Made by a program: the position numbers and the translations under genes
The notes under the pieces: generated by a model
What the model saw: the letters and a program-made list of their open reading frames with translations, nothing else
Told to the model about the DNA's origin: nothing
The model's database searches: none
Shown here: positions 1 to 13,756 of the stretch, piece after piece
Position numbering within the stretch: the first letter of the stretch is position 1
Layout: every line of letters starts with the position of its first letter
From: Eledone cirrhosa
Lineage: Eukaryota
Direction: 5' to 3'
DNA length: 64,000 bases
Assembly (NCBI GenBank): GCA_964016885.1
Contig: OZ024758.1
Coordinates: 1,240,001 to 1,304,000 of the forward strand

Positions 1-31
<31 letters not shown>

Positions 32-574
32 CCCTGTGTTTGTGCATGAGTGGTTATATGTTTAGCCTCACGTTCCGTGACATTCTCAATGGCTATTCGG
101 ACATTCTGTCTCCTCTTTTGTAATAACTTCTCAATCTGTGTGTGCACGTATGAACGTATGTATAGTTCTTATGTCTAGATACGTGCAAATATACATATTA
201 ACGAAAACTATCAATAACAGGCTGCTGCCTAGCTGCACAATGATATGCAATTAAGTTTGATGTTTTAGCCAAAAAATAAATTTTTTTAAACTTGCCTCTT
301 TTAATTAGTGGCAACATGGAAATATCTAATCTAGCGATCTTATTCTCTAGATTTACTCAGGTTTTTCCTTGCTTGATGTGTCTTTTTATTTAGTTTATTC
401 CTCATACTTGTTCTTCTTCTTGATCTTCTCCGTCTTAGTTATTTTTTTATATTTTGTATATATTTGATGTTCACTTATAAATTCTCTCAATGCTCACCGT
501 GTGGATTTAATACGATATAAAATCTTTCCAATTCTCTCTCGTGCTGAGAAGTAGGAAAGAAGTTAACTTTAGAC

Positions 575-839
575 CAAGCATGTCAAACATGCGGCCCTCT
601 ACAAGCACACCTGCGGCCCGCACAAAGATTTTTAAAGCGCGAACATGTTTTATCTTCGTAATATAAAATTAGAAAAAAATTAGTTGTAATGTGTGCAATT
701 CGTTGTCGTATGTGGGCCTCAGACAACACATATGTGACCCATGTGGGCCTCAGACAACACATATGTGACCCATGTGGGCCTCAGACAACACATATGTGAT
801 CCATGTGGTCCTCGGGGGACCCTCAGTTTGACATGCCTG
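575..839. mobile_element. hAT (Charlie-like) MITE with internal 31-bp tandem
   Basis: TIRs CAAGCATGTCAAAC / GTTTGACATGCCTG; subterminal GCGGCCC; imperfect 8-bp TSD CTTTAGAC/GTTTGGAC; 31-bp unit x3 at ~710..806. Confidence 0.7.
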
Positions 840-1127
840 GTTTGGACTGTTCACCTGGATCTAATGCTTGCAATTGGGGGACTGTGCTAAAACTTGCTGA
901 TAGGCGTTTATAAAGCACCCATCTACAAAATGTCACTTTAGTCGACACAAGTCTATCGTAGAATGCACTTGCCCAAGGTGCCATACACTTTTTGGAAACG
1001 AAATCCAATATATAACATACCTGTTCAGGCATATATTATTGTTGGGGTTTCTTCTTCATGCTTAATTTCACTTTAATTTCCACACATTTCTATACAAGTC
1101 ATCATCATCATCATCATCATCGTCGTG

Positions 1128-1177
<50 letters not shown>

Positions 1178-1403
1178 TATCAACATCACCTCTGTCGTAG
1201 TCGTCATGTTTTTTTGGTGTGGCGGTGTTGTTGTTTTTAATATCTTTCCTACGTTGTACTTACGTCAACAAGAAATACCGTCTACGTTATAAGGGCGTAA
1301 GTCAAGATATTGTTTCCCTTCTAGAAACATGTAAAGTTATTAATCTAATGTCCCAGCGGGTTTAATAGTATTATAATAGATGTTTATGGTGTAAACGTAT
1401 AAC

Positions 1404-1875
1404 TATACTTATAACGTACATATGTAGGTATTTATATAGCTATATATATACTTATAACGTACATATGTAGGTATTTATATAGCTTATATACTTATAACGT
1501 ACATATGTAGGTATTTATATAGCTATATATATACTTATAACGTACATATGTAGGTATTTATATAGCTTATATACTTATAACGTACATATGTAGGTATTTA
1601 TATAGCTTATATACTTATAACGTACATATGTAGGTATTTATATAGCTATATATATACTTATAACGTATATATGTAGGTATTTATATAGCTTATATACTTA
1701 TAACGTACATATGTAGGTATTTATATAGCTTATATACTTATAACGTACATATGTATGTAGGTATTTATATAGCTTATATACTTATAACGTACATATGTAG
1801 GTATTTATATAGCTATATATATACTTATAACGTATATATGTAGGTAATTATATAGCTATATACTTATAACGTATA
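1404..1875. repeat. ~38-42-bp minisatellite (TATACTTATAACGTACATATGTAGGTATTTATATAGCT)
   Basis: About 11 tandem copies. Confidence 0.9.
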
Positions 1876-1953
1876 ATATTATGATATATATATACTTATA
1901 CTTATAATTTACATATGTATGCAGGTGTGTATATACGTACATGTATACGGATA

Positions 1954-2041
<88 letters not shown>

Positions 2042-2420
2042 GTATATGTATACTTATAATATAAATACGTATTTAGGTATCTATATGGGTATATGTATAC
2101 TTATAATGTACATATGTATGTTGGTATGAAGACAGAGAGCTATCTTGTTAGGGTATTCTGCTAACAATCGTAAGATTGTGATTTTGATTTTCGGCGGCGG
2201 GCTGTTTCCTTGAGCAGACATAAATCTACAGACATATATATGTACAATATAAGTCTACATATACGTATATATACCTACATATATGTATAATTATAATGTA
2301 ATATGTAGGTATATATATACGTATATGTATACTTATAATGTACATATATATGTGGGTATATATATGCCTATATGTACATATAATGCACCGTCCCCTCAAT
2401 ATATCTTATTTCTCATTCTT

Positions 2421-2456
2421 TCTTTTGATGAAGGACTAGCGTCCGAAACGTTAAGA
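2421..2456 (+). ncRNA. Degenerate minimal hammerhead (C3U) in a dispersed repeat of the same family as 23230..23372
   Basis: TCTT-TTGATGA-A-GGAC-TAGC-GTCC-GAAA-CG-TT-AAGA; flanks ~2388..2530 align in reverse to ~23230..23372. Confidence 0.65.
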
Positions 2457-2771
2457 CCCTCTTCCTGCTATATCAAGCGTTGACCTAATATATCCATTCC
2501 ATATACTGTACCGATTGTGTTATTATTCTGCTTACCTTTTACACACACACACACATACACACACACACACATATATATATATATGTGTGTGTGTATGTGT
2601 TTATATACGTATATGTATAATTATAATGTAGATATGTATGTAGGTATTTATATATGTATATTTATACTTATAATGTGTATATGTATGTAAGTATATATAT
2701 GCTTATAAGTATACACACTTGCATAGATGTTAATAATTCAACCAACACTCATATCACCTTTTATTATGCTT

Positions 2772-2935
2772 GGGCAGTATCGGTAGAGGGTCTGACGCCA
2801 TGCTTTGACGCATAGAGTTACGGCCCTTGCCATTCTGAGTTCAAATCCCGCCGAGGTTAACTTTGCCTTTCATCCTTACGTGGTCGATAAAATAAAGTAC
2901 CAGTAATGCACTGGGTTATAAGTAGAAACAATTAT
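2772..2935 (+). mobile_element. tRNA-derived SINE (main family)
   Basis: A-box-like GGCAGTATCGG, B-box GAGTTCAAATCC, body CCGAGGTTAACTTTGCCTTTCATCCTTACG.GGTCGATAAAATAAAGTACCAG. Confidence 0.85.
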
Positions 2936-3000
2936 GTGTGTACAACATACATGAACATAATAGTGTATTGTATCTTATTACATTTACAGATTATTACGAA

Positions 3001-3032
<32 letters not shown>

Positions 3033-3216
3033 ACAACAGCATCTCTGTGTCTGTGTACGTGTGTATGTGTGTGTGTGCATGTGTATCTATATATATGTGT
3101 GTATGTATATGTGGATGTACGTATGTAAGTTTGTATGTATGTGTGTATGTGTATATGTATGTATGTGTGTATTTTTGTATACATTTACATATGTATGTAT
3201 GTATAAATGCATGTAT

Positions 3217-3255
<39 letters not shown>

Positions 3256-3975
3256 TATGTAGAGAGTGAGATTGAGGTAGAGAGCGATACACAGTGGTAG
3301 ATGTGGGTGAGTGTGAGTGAAACAGACCGCCCCAGTACATGAGAGATATAACCAGTTCTTTTTAAAGCCCTCCATTAACGCTGTGTGGGTTTCAGTCAGG
3401 CGAAAAGCTTTCAGCTGTTCTGTTTACTTGAATGGAATAGACCAGAAATTGCCGAGATATTAAAAAAAATATAGACTCCATATTCAAAGATTTGTGTTCG
3501 ATACTCATGGTCTGGAACGGAATTTGTTTTATTGGTTTACCTAGTTTCTTAAACAAAAGGCAGGAGACTCAGGGGCAAACCACGAGCAAGATGGTTGGAT
3601 AACATCTATGAGCTTCGTAACTATGTTCTGACATGCTTTGTAAATCATCTTCTGTTAATGTTTGATATATTTATTTATATATCTGTCACTGTCTCTTATA
3701 ATTTATATATATATATATATACACAGAGGTATCCACAGTAAGTTGTGGGGTCTATTCTGCATGAAGAACTCGATGTAATCCATATGTTGAAAATGTTGTA
3801 GGTTAAGATAATTCCCAGAAAACAATAAAACATTAAAAGGAAAACAGAGTCATGATATAAGTTAAAACAATGAAATAAAAAATCAAGTCATTAGAGATAT
3901 ACTTCACTGCTTTACGATCGTTTGTAGGTGATGATAATACATTGTAGCTATATATATATATATATATATATATAT

Positions 3976-5319
3976 TAGGGTGGCCCTTATTTTTCAACTT
4001 TAGCTCCCACCGCCTATCTTGTTCCAATTGACAAAAACCCAATATATGCAAAACTTTAGCTCAAGCGGACAACTGCAGAGCACCCTCATTGACCGTGAAA
4101 TTTTGAAGTTTTCGCCCGGAAAGTCATATATATATATATAATATGTTTATATAAACTCTCCTTACTATCCTTGCTTTCATATTTCTCCTTTCTCCCCTCT
4201 TCTCATTGTATTTGTATATAAACAAGTACATAAATACAAGGAGAAAGGGAGAGCAAGGAGATAAGGAGAATAAGGAGAGCAAGGAGAGCGAGGATAAAAG
4301 GAGAGCAAGGAGAGCGAGGATAAGAGGAGAGCAAGGAGAGCAAGGAGAGCGAGGATAAAAGAGGAGCAAGGAGAGCAAGGAGAGCAACGAAAACAGGAGA
4401 GCAAGGAGAGCAATGAGAAAAGGAGAGCAAGGAGAGCAAGGATAAAGGAGAGAAATGAGAGCAAGGAGAGCAATGATAAAATGAGAGCAGGGAAAGCGAG
4501 GATAAAAGGAGAGCAAGGAGAGCAAGGCTAAAAGGAAAGCAAGGAGAGCAAGGATAAAAGGGGAGCAAGGAGGGCAAGGATAAAAGGAGAGCAAGGAGAA
4601 CAAGGAGAGCAAAGATAAAAGAAGAGCAAGGAGAGTGAGGATAAAGGGAGAGCAAGGAGATCAACGAAAAAAGGAGAGCAAGGAGAGCGAGGATAAAAGG
4701 ATAGCAAGGAGAGCAAGTAGAGCGTGGAGAAAAGGAGAGCAAGGATAAAGGGAGAGCAAGAAGAGCAATGAGAAAAGGAAAGCAAGTAGAGCAAGGGTAA
4801 AAGGAGAGCTAGGGGAGCAATGAGAGGAAGGAGAAAAGGAGAGCAAGAATAAAAGGAGAGCAAGGATGATCTTGGTTACAAAAGTGGACTGAAAAACTTG
4901 AGAAGAGAGTTGTGAATGATGTTGTAGAAAGAAGTGTCAAAGTCATTCAGGAGTACAATAACATTCTCACAAAAGATGCAACTGAGAAACAATTTGTTTT
5001 ACAGATCGTTACCGAAAAGTGTAAAACCTACCCAAGTGCCACTAAATCCTCTGTTTTTCATATTATTTCAGGAATTTTTCAAATTAACTATTGGTATATT
5101 TGATTCAGAACGTTTAAAAAAATTTGCTGGGGTTGCCTGGATGTGTCCACATAAATTTCTCTAAGAAAAAAAAAAAAGAAAATGGTCAAGATAGGGAACA
5201 GTATACCGCTTTTGAACAGAATTAATCGTTGCGTATACTATGTTCCAAATCCAAGGCGTTTGAGGGTCGCCTAACAGGATTAGGGGGTGCGAGCAGCAAC
5301 TTATTGTTAAGGGCACCCT

Positions 5320-5320
<1 letters not shown>
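3976..5320 (+). mobile_element. Internally deleted hATm-like DNA transposon in (TA)n
   Basis: TIRs TAGGGTGGCCCTTA / TAAGGGCACCCTA. Transposase C-terminal remnant VNDVVERSVKVIQEYNNILTKD..EKQFVLQIV...YP at ~4912..5050. Confidence 0.7.
4240..4866. repeat. Purine-rich composite minisatellite (GGAGAGCAA / GGATAAAA units)
   Basis: Direct reading; source of the spurious Leu/Ser/Pro ORFs. Confidence 0.9.
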
Positions 5321-5351
<31 letters not shown>

Positions 5352-5994
5352 TGTCTATGTCTACGTCTATATATATATATATATATGAAGTGTGTGTTTG
5401 TCTCTGTATATGTGTGTCACTGCAATGAAGTTGTTCATGAAGAGTACTTAACAATATACTTTTAGTGTTGTTATTTTGTTAACTAAGAATATGTACAGAA
5501 AACATCCCCTTCACCGTCAACATGTTAGGTTTTATTCCATTATACAGTTTCATATAACCTGTCTATAAAGTTATTTTCTTTCAAGACCTCTTTATGTCAT
5601 CATATTGCAGACCATTCGGTACAGTAAAACATAATATATATATACGTCTATTTGTTTATATATATATGTACTTAAGTGTGTGTGTGTGTGTGTGTTCATG
5701 TGTGTGTGTGAGTGTATGTGTGTGTGTTCATGTGTGTGTGTTCGTGTGTGTGAGTGAGTGTGTGTGTTCGTGTGTGTGTGTGTGTTTGAAGAGTATGAAC
5801 TTTATCTGTAAGACAATTTGGAGGACGCTATGGACATGGTGTCTTTTCTTAGATTTCGTCAGTGAAGCTTATTTACTTAGAATGTTCTGAGAATTATAGG
5901 AATTTAGAAAAAAAGGTAGAAATTATATAGAGCTGCTCTGTTCATATTTGTTTTTATAGCAGTTATTTTCTAACTTGTTCTAACTATTATTTTT

Positions 5995-6125
5995 CAGATA
6001 AATGATGTCAGACATCAGGCTAAGCCAGCAAATGAAAAGACACGCTGTAATTAATTATTTCAATGCAGAGAATAATTATATAGGGATTGCTCTCTTCCTG
6101 AAATTTGAACGGTTGTTTCTAGTCT
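5995..6125 (+). mobile_element. Degraded Tc1/mariner transposase N-terminal remnant
   Basis: MMSDIRLSQQMKRHAVI...IALFLKFERLF resembles a Tc1-type HTH start (recognition only). Confidence 0.35.
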
Positions 6126-6182
6126 AGATGTCTGCTGACATCACAACAGGATGGTTTATAACTACACTGATGATTGCGTGAC

Positions 6183-6231
6183 CATCTGATGAAGTCACAT
6201 GCATAACCTTGTTACAGAAATATATATCATG
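6183..6231 (+). ncRNA. Minimal type I hammerhead candidate
   Basis: CAT-CTGATGA-A-GTCACA...TGTTAC-A-GAAA-TATATA-TC-ATG, followed by AATAAA at 6233. Confidence 0.55.
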
Positions 6232-6514
6232 CAATAAAACAGTTATGATGGAATAACCCCGTCTTAACTACTGTTTTTTTTTATAAATGAACACTACGTC
6301 ACTGCTAATCACCAACTCTTAGCTGGGATTAACTACTGGCGTGTTTGGGAGATATCGGACCGGCTTATCCTCAAGAGGTTACCACTTAACAATCACGTAT
6401 AAGAAATATATCTTGTGCAATATATATATACCATATATATATACATGTGTGTGAGTGTGTGTTTACATATATATATATATATAGGTATTTATACAAACAT
6501 ATGATTATATACAC

Positions 6515-6604
<90 letters not shown>

Positions 6605-7379
6605 TAAATATATATATATATATATATTAAGCATTCGACTACGAGTTATATATATATATATACATACATACAACTAGTAGTCGAATACTTAATTTCTCTA
6701 TATCAGAGCCAACAAAAATACAGAAGGAAAACACTCCACCCAGAATTATATTATAAATTTCCCAAAATCTACTAGACTCTGACCAATTAATGATATATAA
6801 ATCTAGTTCGACAGGTATGTTAAGAATACCTGGATCTGAAACCAGTTCAATTTTTCCATCTCGTCTTCGTTTTCCTTTCTCACGATCTTTTTCTTTTCTT
6901 TGAGTTTTTTTCCAACGTTGTTGCATCATTTATCTAATTTTGTGTTAGTCAATCTCAGGCAAAGAATTGGCAGAGTCCTGAGAACGTCTGATGAAATGTT
7001 TTACTCTGTTCGTCTCGGCTCTCTGAGTTCAAATGCCACCGAGGTGAACTTTGTCTTCCATTCTTTCGATAAAAGTGTACAAGTCGACAAAATATGTACC
7101 AGTAAAATTCTGAGTTCGATTCATGCTCTATATCTCTTTCTCACTTTCAATTACTACCTTTCTCTGAAGGAAATCTGCTGTATTCAGACATGGGGTAGTA
7201 GAGTGGGTAATATGAAAGGAATCAGGACCCCGGCGGCTGAGCTCCGACCGTTTCGACAGCTAGATCTGATCTCAAATCTACCTGTCGTTATAGTCACTTA
7301 TATATTATGAAATACTGTTGGCTTCTTGCTCACATTAATTTCTCTATTTTCATTTATATATATATATATATATATATAT

Positions 7380-7750
7380 AAATGGCTTCTACACGACTAG
7401 AACTGTTTCATTCGGGAGAAATCATCAGGCTTCCTGATGATTTCTCCCGAATGAAGCATTTCTAGTCCTGTAGAAGCCATTTCTATATTAAATATTCATA
7501 CTCTGCTATGTTTTGAGTACCTTACTTACTGTGGTTACCTCCGATTGAACCCGGGATAAACTTATATCCGTTCTAAATCATTTCCACTTGCGGAAATGCA
7601 CCCAGTTATCAATGTGAAATTTCCTTCCTACAGATACCTAGACGTTTTTGCTTCTAACTTTTTCTAGTCTTAAAAAGGTAAAGGGTAAAGATAAAAGTTA
7701 ATGTACAAATAAATAAGGCACCCAAATGTCAAAGGTAAAATACGTGCGTG
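7380..7750 (+). mobile_element. Penelope-derived fold-back element: 100-bp hairpin of two head-to-head hammerheads plus 270-bp tail
   Basis: Inverted repeat 7380..7482. Arm consensus GGCTTC-CTGATGA-TTTCTCCCGAAT-GAAA-CAG..CTG-TA-GAAGCC. Related copies at 43515..43672 (+) and 55939..56125 (-). (TA)n flanks. Confidence 0.7.
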
Positions 7751-9639
7751 TATATATATATATATATTAATATATACTTCGTTTTTGTATTTGTTCTGCA
7801 AGGACCTTATATAATTGTGGTTATACAAGATTACTAACAGCAGAAGTATTGAAAGGAGGATAATTGAAGGAAAAAAAATGAAATTATTGAATCTGAACTT
7901 TACAATGATGTTAATAATTTGACATTAATAGTATAAGAAAGCGACTTAGAATACAATACCGCTAACAAATGTTTATATATCACCGATGTGAAGAAATTAT
8001 ATGAAGGTTGCAGTAATTTCGCGTAAATCTGTTTGTAGATTTGTTTGTATGTAAGCATGCATGTATGTTCGCACATATATATATATATCGCTATAGCTAA
8101 CTATGTGTCTATATATCAATGGGTGTTAGTCAATTCATATTGAATTATTATGGTTATTTTTTATAGTTTATCTTCCCCTCCACATTTGTTTGTTTATACA
8201 AACCCACTCACTGTCAGGATTAGACATCCAACTCTACTACAATAGTCTTGTTATTATCTCTTCATCATTTATAATTCCTTCCTTTCAGTTTTCTCAGACT
8301 AACGTGTACACCAATCTTTTTAGCTCATCGTATTGAAAAAATGTCGAAGTTGCTTGTTTTTATATCGTATTGCTATTTGATGGATTTGGGCGTTCGGGTG
8401 GATACGTGGAAATCACACCAACTAATCTTCGATTACACTGAAATATGTATAATAGCTGAATAAATATATGCACAACTTCATATGACCAGCGCTAGTATTT
8501 ACTGATTTGTACGTTCTGTGTTCAAACCAAGTCGAGGATTTCTTTGTCTTTCATTATTTTCGGGTGAGATAACAAAGTACTAGTGAATTACTGAATTTGA
8601 CAAAGAAATCGAATTTCCCATCCCCCTAATATTGCCTACATTTGAAGTTATTATACTTAGCTGTAGATGTTTAATAATCCTAACAATCAATAAGCAAGTA
8701 GTGGCGAAACGTATACTATACAGCCGAGTACTAACAACGTAAATAACGTTTGAAATCTTAGTTTTGCTTGCTTGACGAGACGATAATGCGACATAGCCCT
8801 TGATAATTTCTTCCTATTTCCGATGGTGAGAATACTAGGAATAATGAACCCTGCGTTTTAATACTTCAATATGCGTTTAGCAACCTTTCATAGTCTAATT
8901 GAATAAATACAGTGTGACCATAGTCATAAAAAAGCGATTTACACAAACCTTAGAACCATGAGAAAATCCGACAACAAGATGAGCAAACTTTATTTTACAA
9001 GTCAAAAGAGATACTGTAAACAAAATCCCTTTCCTTAACTAAGTTATAAATCACGGCTAGCACGCTTTGTGATGAGATAGCGTTAAAGATAATGTGGATG
9101 GCCGACCGTATGAGCAAGAGAGGTTAAGAGAATTATAACACAATGGAAGGACTAAAACATGCTCACCAAATATGTAGAGAGACACCATCATACAAATAAT
9201 AGCAAAAACGATAAAATGAAAAGAGTGTATAAACAATGGAGAAAGAGTGAGAAAGAAAAATATAAAATTGATAAGATTTGGGGAAAAGGACCGTGTTTGA
9301 AAACGAGAAGCTTTGTGGTTGTTTTGCTTCAGGTCAGTGCTAATTTAGCAAGTCTATGATCAAAGACGCTGCAGCCATGACCAACCAGACTTTTACTCAA
9401 GCATAAATTATTAAGAAATACATTATTGAAAGTTGCTTTCCCCTTTAAGTTAGACAGATCAAAGATAAACAGAAAACGTTTTCATATATATATATAGGGA
9501 TGTGGATATACACGAGGAATACTGCTTCCAGGACCCATGCAGCACTACGGCTACGATTCGGGTGTATATCTCACCAAGCTTGTTCACTTATCTGTGTGTC
9601 ATATATATTTATACATATTTATATACAAGTAAAATATTG

Positions 9640-9736
9640 CATTCGATGTATGGTGAGTGGAACAGAAATTCATTCAACTGACACAAAGATTAGTGAACAA
9701 GCTTGATGAGACATACACCCGAATGCTAGGCGTAGT
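9640..9736 (+). mobile_element. Short RTE-like fragment
   Basis: [18 protein letters not shown] resembles the RTE LDG.YTRMLR motif. Confidence 0.45.
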
Positions 9737-9737
9737 A

Positions 9738-9805
<68 letters not shown>

Positions 9806-9816
9806 GTATATATGTA

Positions 9817-9847
<31 letters not shown>

Positions 9848-9901
9848 GATGTATGTATATGCATGTATGGTGTATATATGTATGTATGGTGTATATTTAT
9901 C

Positions 9902-9940
<39 letters not shown>

Positions 9941-10849
9941 CATCGGGTGCTCATTCGGCATACCGCCTATGGACGCAATTAATTTACACCTTAATACCTA
10001 TATGTCTGGTATATATATATGTGTGTATCTGGTGTATATATATGTATGTATGTATGGTATATATATATATGTGTGTGTGTGTGGTGTATACATGTACGTA
10101 TGTCTGGTGCATACATGTATGCATGTATGGATGGATGGATATAAGGTAGGGAACTCCATAAATTTCGAATCGACCATTAAGTAAATGATAAGTAAATTCA
10201 AAACTGTCTTTCTTTTAAGAGGAACATGTTTTCTCGCTTTAAGCCAAGAAATTAATATCTCTCAAGATAACTAACCTTGCAGTTGTCTATATGCTACGGA
10301 ATGGAAATATCCGTCAGCGACAACGATAGCAGGTTATCTTACTCGGCAGACTAGTCTCCAAGTGACTTCTACGAAATTCTAGCACACCTACTGCTTTTCT
10401 CAGTGTTTCGTCATGCCCGCCACAATTTAAATAGTCCACTATCTTTGCTTCATTTTCTTTATCAGTTTTCTCTCTATGTTTCTTAGTCTTTTTTCTTCAC
10501 CTCTTTCTTCCACAACTCTTCTTCCCCTGTCTGGATTTATCAAAATCATTCATTTCTAGTTATGTTATTCCTCTTTCTTTCATTGAACTTTGATCCACTT
10601 AACTTCATTCTCCCATCTTCTCAATCTACCATCCTTCACAATATATTTCCCATCTTTTTCTATTCCATCTCAGAATTCCGCATCTTCCTACAATCCTCCA
10701 TATTTGTATATATCATATAATGCTCGCTCTTTCCCCCCGACACTATTAGCAACTTTCTTTATTAAGCATTACTTCTTTCACATTTAACACTTAGTATATC
10801 TCAACCAACATTTATCTATCATTTATACATTCACACATGCATATGTAAG

Positions 10850-11010
10850 GCGGCCAAAATGGCAGATTCGTTAGATAGAAGCTTTCGGGTATTTGTTTTG
10901 GCTCTCTGATCTCTGAGTTCAAATCAACACCACCACCACCACTGAGGTCAACCTTGCTTTTCATCGCTTCGAGGTCGATAAAAATGTACCAGTCTAATAC
11001 TGGGGTCGAA
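10850..11010 (+). mobile_element. tRNA-derived SINE (older copy)
   Basis: TGGCAGATTCGTTAG, GAGTTCAAATC, GAGGTCAACCTTGCTTTTCATC. Confidence 0.7.
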
Positions 11011-11030
11011 TCTACTTCTATATCACACGT

Positions 11031-11109
<79 letters not shown>

Positions 11110-12306
11110 ATGTCATATCTCCGTTAAAACCTTGACATTGATAACGCCCAATACAGTCAAGGCCAGACAACGAAATAGTATTAATAGAGTGTTATCGTGA
11201 ATACTACACTGCTTTGTACTCTCATGAGAATTCGTTAGAGAGAGAGAGGCTTCTTCATCTAGGTTCTAATGATTACTAGATATTACATTCCAATATTTTC
11301 ATGCCGGACGTGTGTTCCGGCAATGACATGCTCAATCCCGTCAAGACAGAAGAAATTGATGTGATTGGTGATAATTTAACAATGTTTCACAGCGAAAGAA
11401 ACATGATTTTATGTTCACATATTTGTTTTCAATAAAAGTTTTTTCACTTAATTAAGCATTTAAAAATATATTTCTTTAAATATCTGCTTTAAATGAAATA
11501 TTACAGTGATTTCTCTGACAGTTCTCTCTCTGCATTTGTTTTCGGTTCTTCTCTAGATCAACTTCCATATCCAACCCAAACGAGGGCCATCTCACCCTGG
11601 TTGACCTCCACCACTTTCTGATAGTTTTTGGTCATGTCAGGAGTGTAACCTTACTCACCACGCTTGGCCAATTGCGGGTTGATGAGACTGCCTCTATTTG
11701 TGTAAAACTATTTGCGTGAGAAGGATTTTACGTAAACGTTTGTATATTTGTATATGCACATATGTGTGTGTTATGAAAATAATTTCCTTATGAAAACATG
11801 TCTGTAAGAATGATGTTTATTTAAGTGATGGACTCTCAATAAAATAAGATCGCTACAGTGCTTAAGATTTAAACAAATTCATCACTGAATGAACTGTTCA
11901 TATTATGTCTGTTAATGCTATATAAAATCATTATTTATTTCCAAGGAATATAAATATAAATAAAGCAAGAAAAACAAAATCTAGAACTAATTTTTCTCCA
12001 GATTTCTATTTCACCTTTGGAAATTATTCGTGAATTATTCATAAGGTGCAAATATTATTTTAAAGAATGAGTAGGAAGACATGTAGTTTGTGGCCAATAG
12101 ATAAAGTTCCTCTTTACGCTGTTTATGTATGTAGTCGAGCAACAAATATAAATATAGTAATTCTCTAATCGTTACAAGTGTCAATATTCTGATGCTTAGA
12201 ATGAATATATTTATTCCCCACGTCTGTAGCTTGTAAGATACGTACAGTAATAATAGAATAAAAGAAGAAATATGTTTTAAAAGAATGTTGTGTGTTCTCA
12301 AAGACC

Positions 12307-12363
<57 letters not shown>

Positions 12364-12679
12364 CAGTAATTTCTTTATCAGCCACACAGGGTTCACGTTA
12401 AGGAAACATTACAGACGGTACAGGTCGATACAGTGTGGGTTTTTTGTGTAAAATAAAATTTATAACAGAGACTAAGAAAATAAACATTTAAAACAAACAT
12501 AACCTTGGTGGATTTGAACCCAGATCGCGGAGGGCTTCAACTCTATACTGCAAAGTGTGGTGTCTCACGTTCTACGATACTGACAATCTGTCCTGGGTAT
12601 CGGTAAGACACTCGGCAAGATATGAAAACAAAACTGAAGGAAGAGGAAAAACACAAACAATAATAATGAAATTAATAAT

Positions 12680-12786
12680 AATTGTTTCTATTTTTGGCAC
12701 AAGGTCAGCAATTACGCCAGTGTATTACTGGTACTTTATTTTACCGACCCTGTAAGGATGAAAGGCAAAGTTAACCCCGGCGGGGT
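12680..12786 (-). mobile_element. SINE 3' part
   Basis: Reverse complement of family body. Confidence 0.75.
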
Positions 12787-12789
12787 TTA

Positions 12790-13130
12790 CGGTCGACACC
12801 CATAGTCGTTTGTACCGTCCACTAATATTTTGTACAACACTAATGTGGGAGTTCTTCCCTTCCCGTCACCCAATTCGTAGAGGGCAGTCTGCGTTTCTTG
12901 ACATTTCAGTGGCCAGACGCCCTGTCTAGGTTTTCTCTCCACCAGATCTGCAAATCTCCCAAAGAGATAAATTGGGAATAGATGCGACTGACAAACAGTA
13001 CCACACCTATTCATCATCAATGAAGAGCTGGAGATGCCACAGCATCAGCAAATGTCTGCACTTCATCAGCCACGACGCGTATTCCTGTTATTCCAGACAG
13101 TGGGTGTTACCAACAAAAGACGAACTTGAA
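12790..13130 (-). mobile_element. Probable degraded LINE (Tx1/L1-like) fragment
   Basis: Complex, GC-richer segment with a decayed minus-strand frame (..RKPRQGVWPLKC...LYKILVDG). Weak recognition only. Confidence 0.3.
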
Positions 13131-13756
13131 TAGTGGATCGCGGTTCGTCTAGAAAACACAGATAAATATGTATATACATACACAATTGAAACATTACATC
13201 TTTACACACGTGTTATGAATTTCTTGCAAAAGTGTTGCTTCAGCACAAACTGAGTTTCCATTTTAACTTAATTCATCAATATCGTTTCGCAGTATTCCTT
13301 TCATCGTCTTTCATTTGAAATCACAATTAAAAATATGAACGAAAAGTGAACATGAATTCAATGAAAGCAAACATAATTCAATAAGGTTACATGTAATGTT
13401 TTTACATAAATTTTACTCATATAATTATGTTGGTATTCATTTCTTTGTCTAGTTATTGCTTTCCATTTTGTTTCTAATGTCTGTGTTTGTTGACTAACCA
13501 ATATCTAAGCATTAAGGGACGTTACCAAAGAACGCGGCATTAAGAGTAAAGAGATTTAAATTCAATGTAATTAATAATTACCCCAATCAGTTTTCCTTCA
13601 TAAACATAACCAAATAGTATTGTATTATTTTCTAAAGAGTGTAATTCAGCGGAAGCTTAACAAAATTACTTAACAAATTTAATTGAGAATAAGTAGGAAT
13701 TGTCGATAATCGCTTAATTGGATGCGTGTTATTGTAACGTTAAAATATATCACAGA

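Noticed and set aside
4124-4863. Hydrophobic Leu-rich ORFs
   Set aside because: Translations of a purine minisatellite, open in multiple frames.
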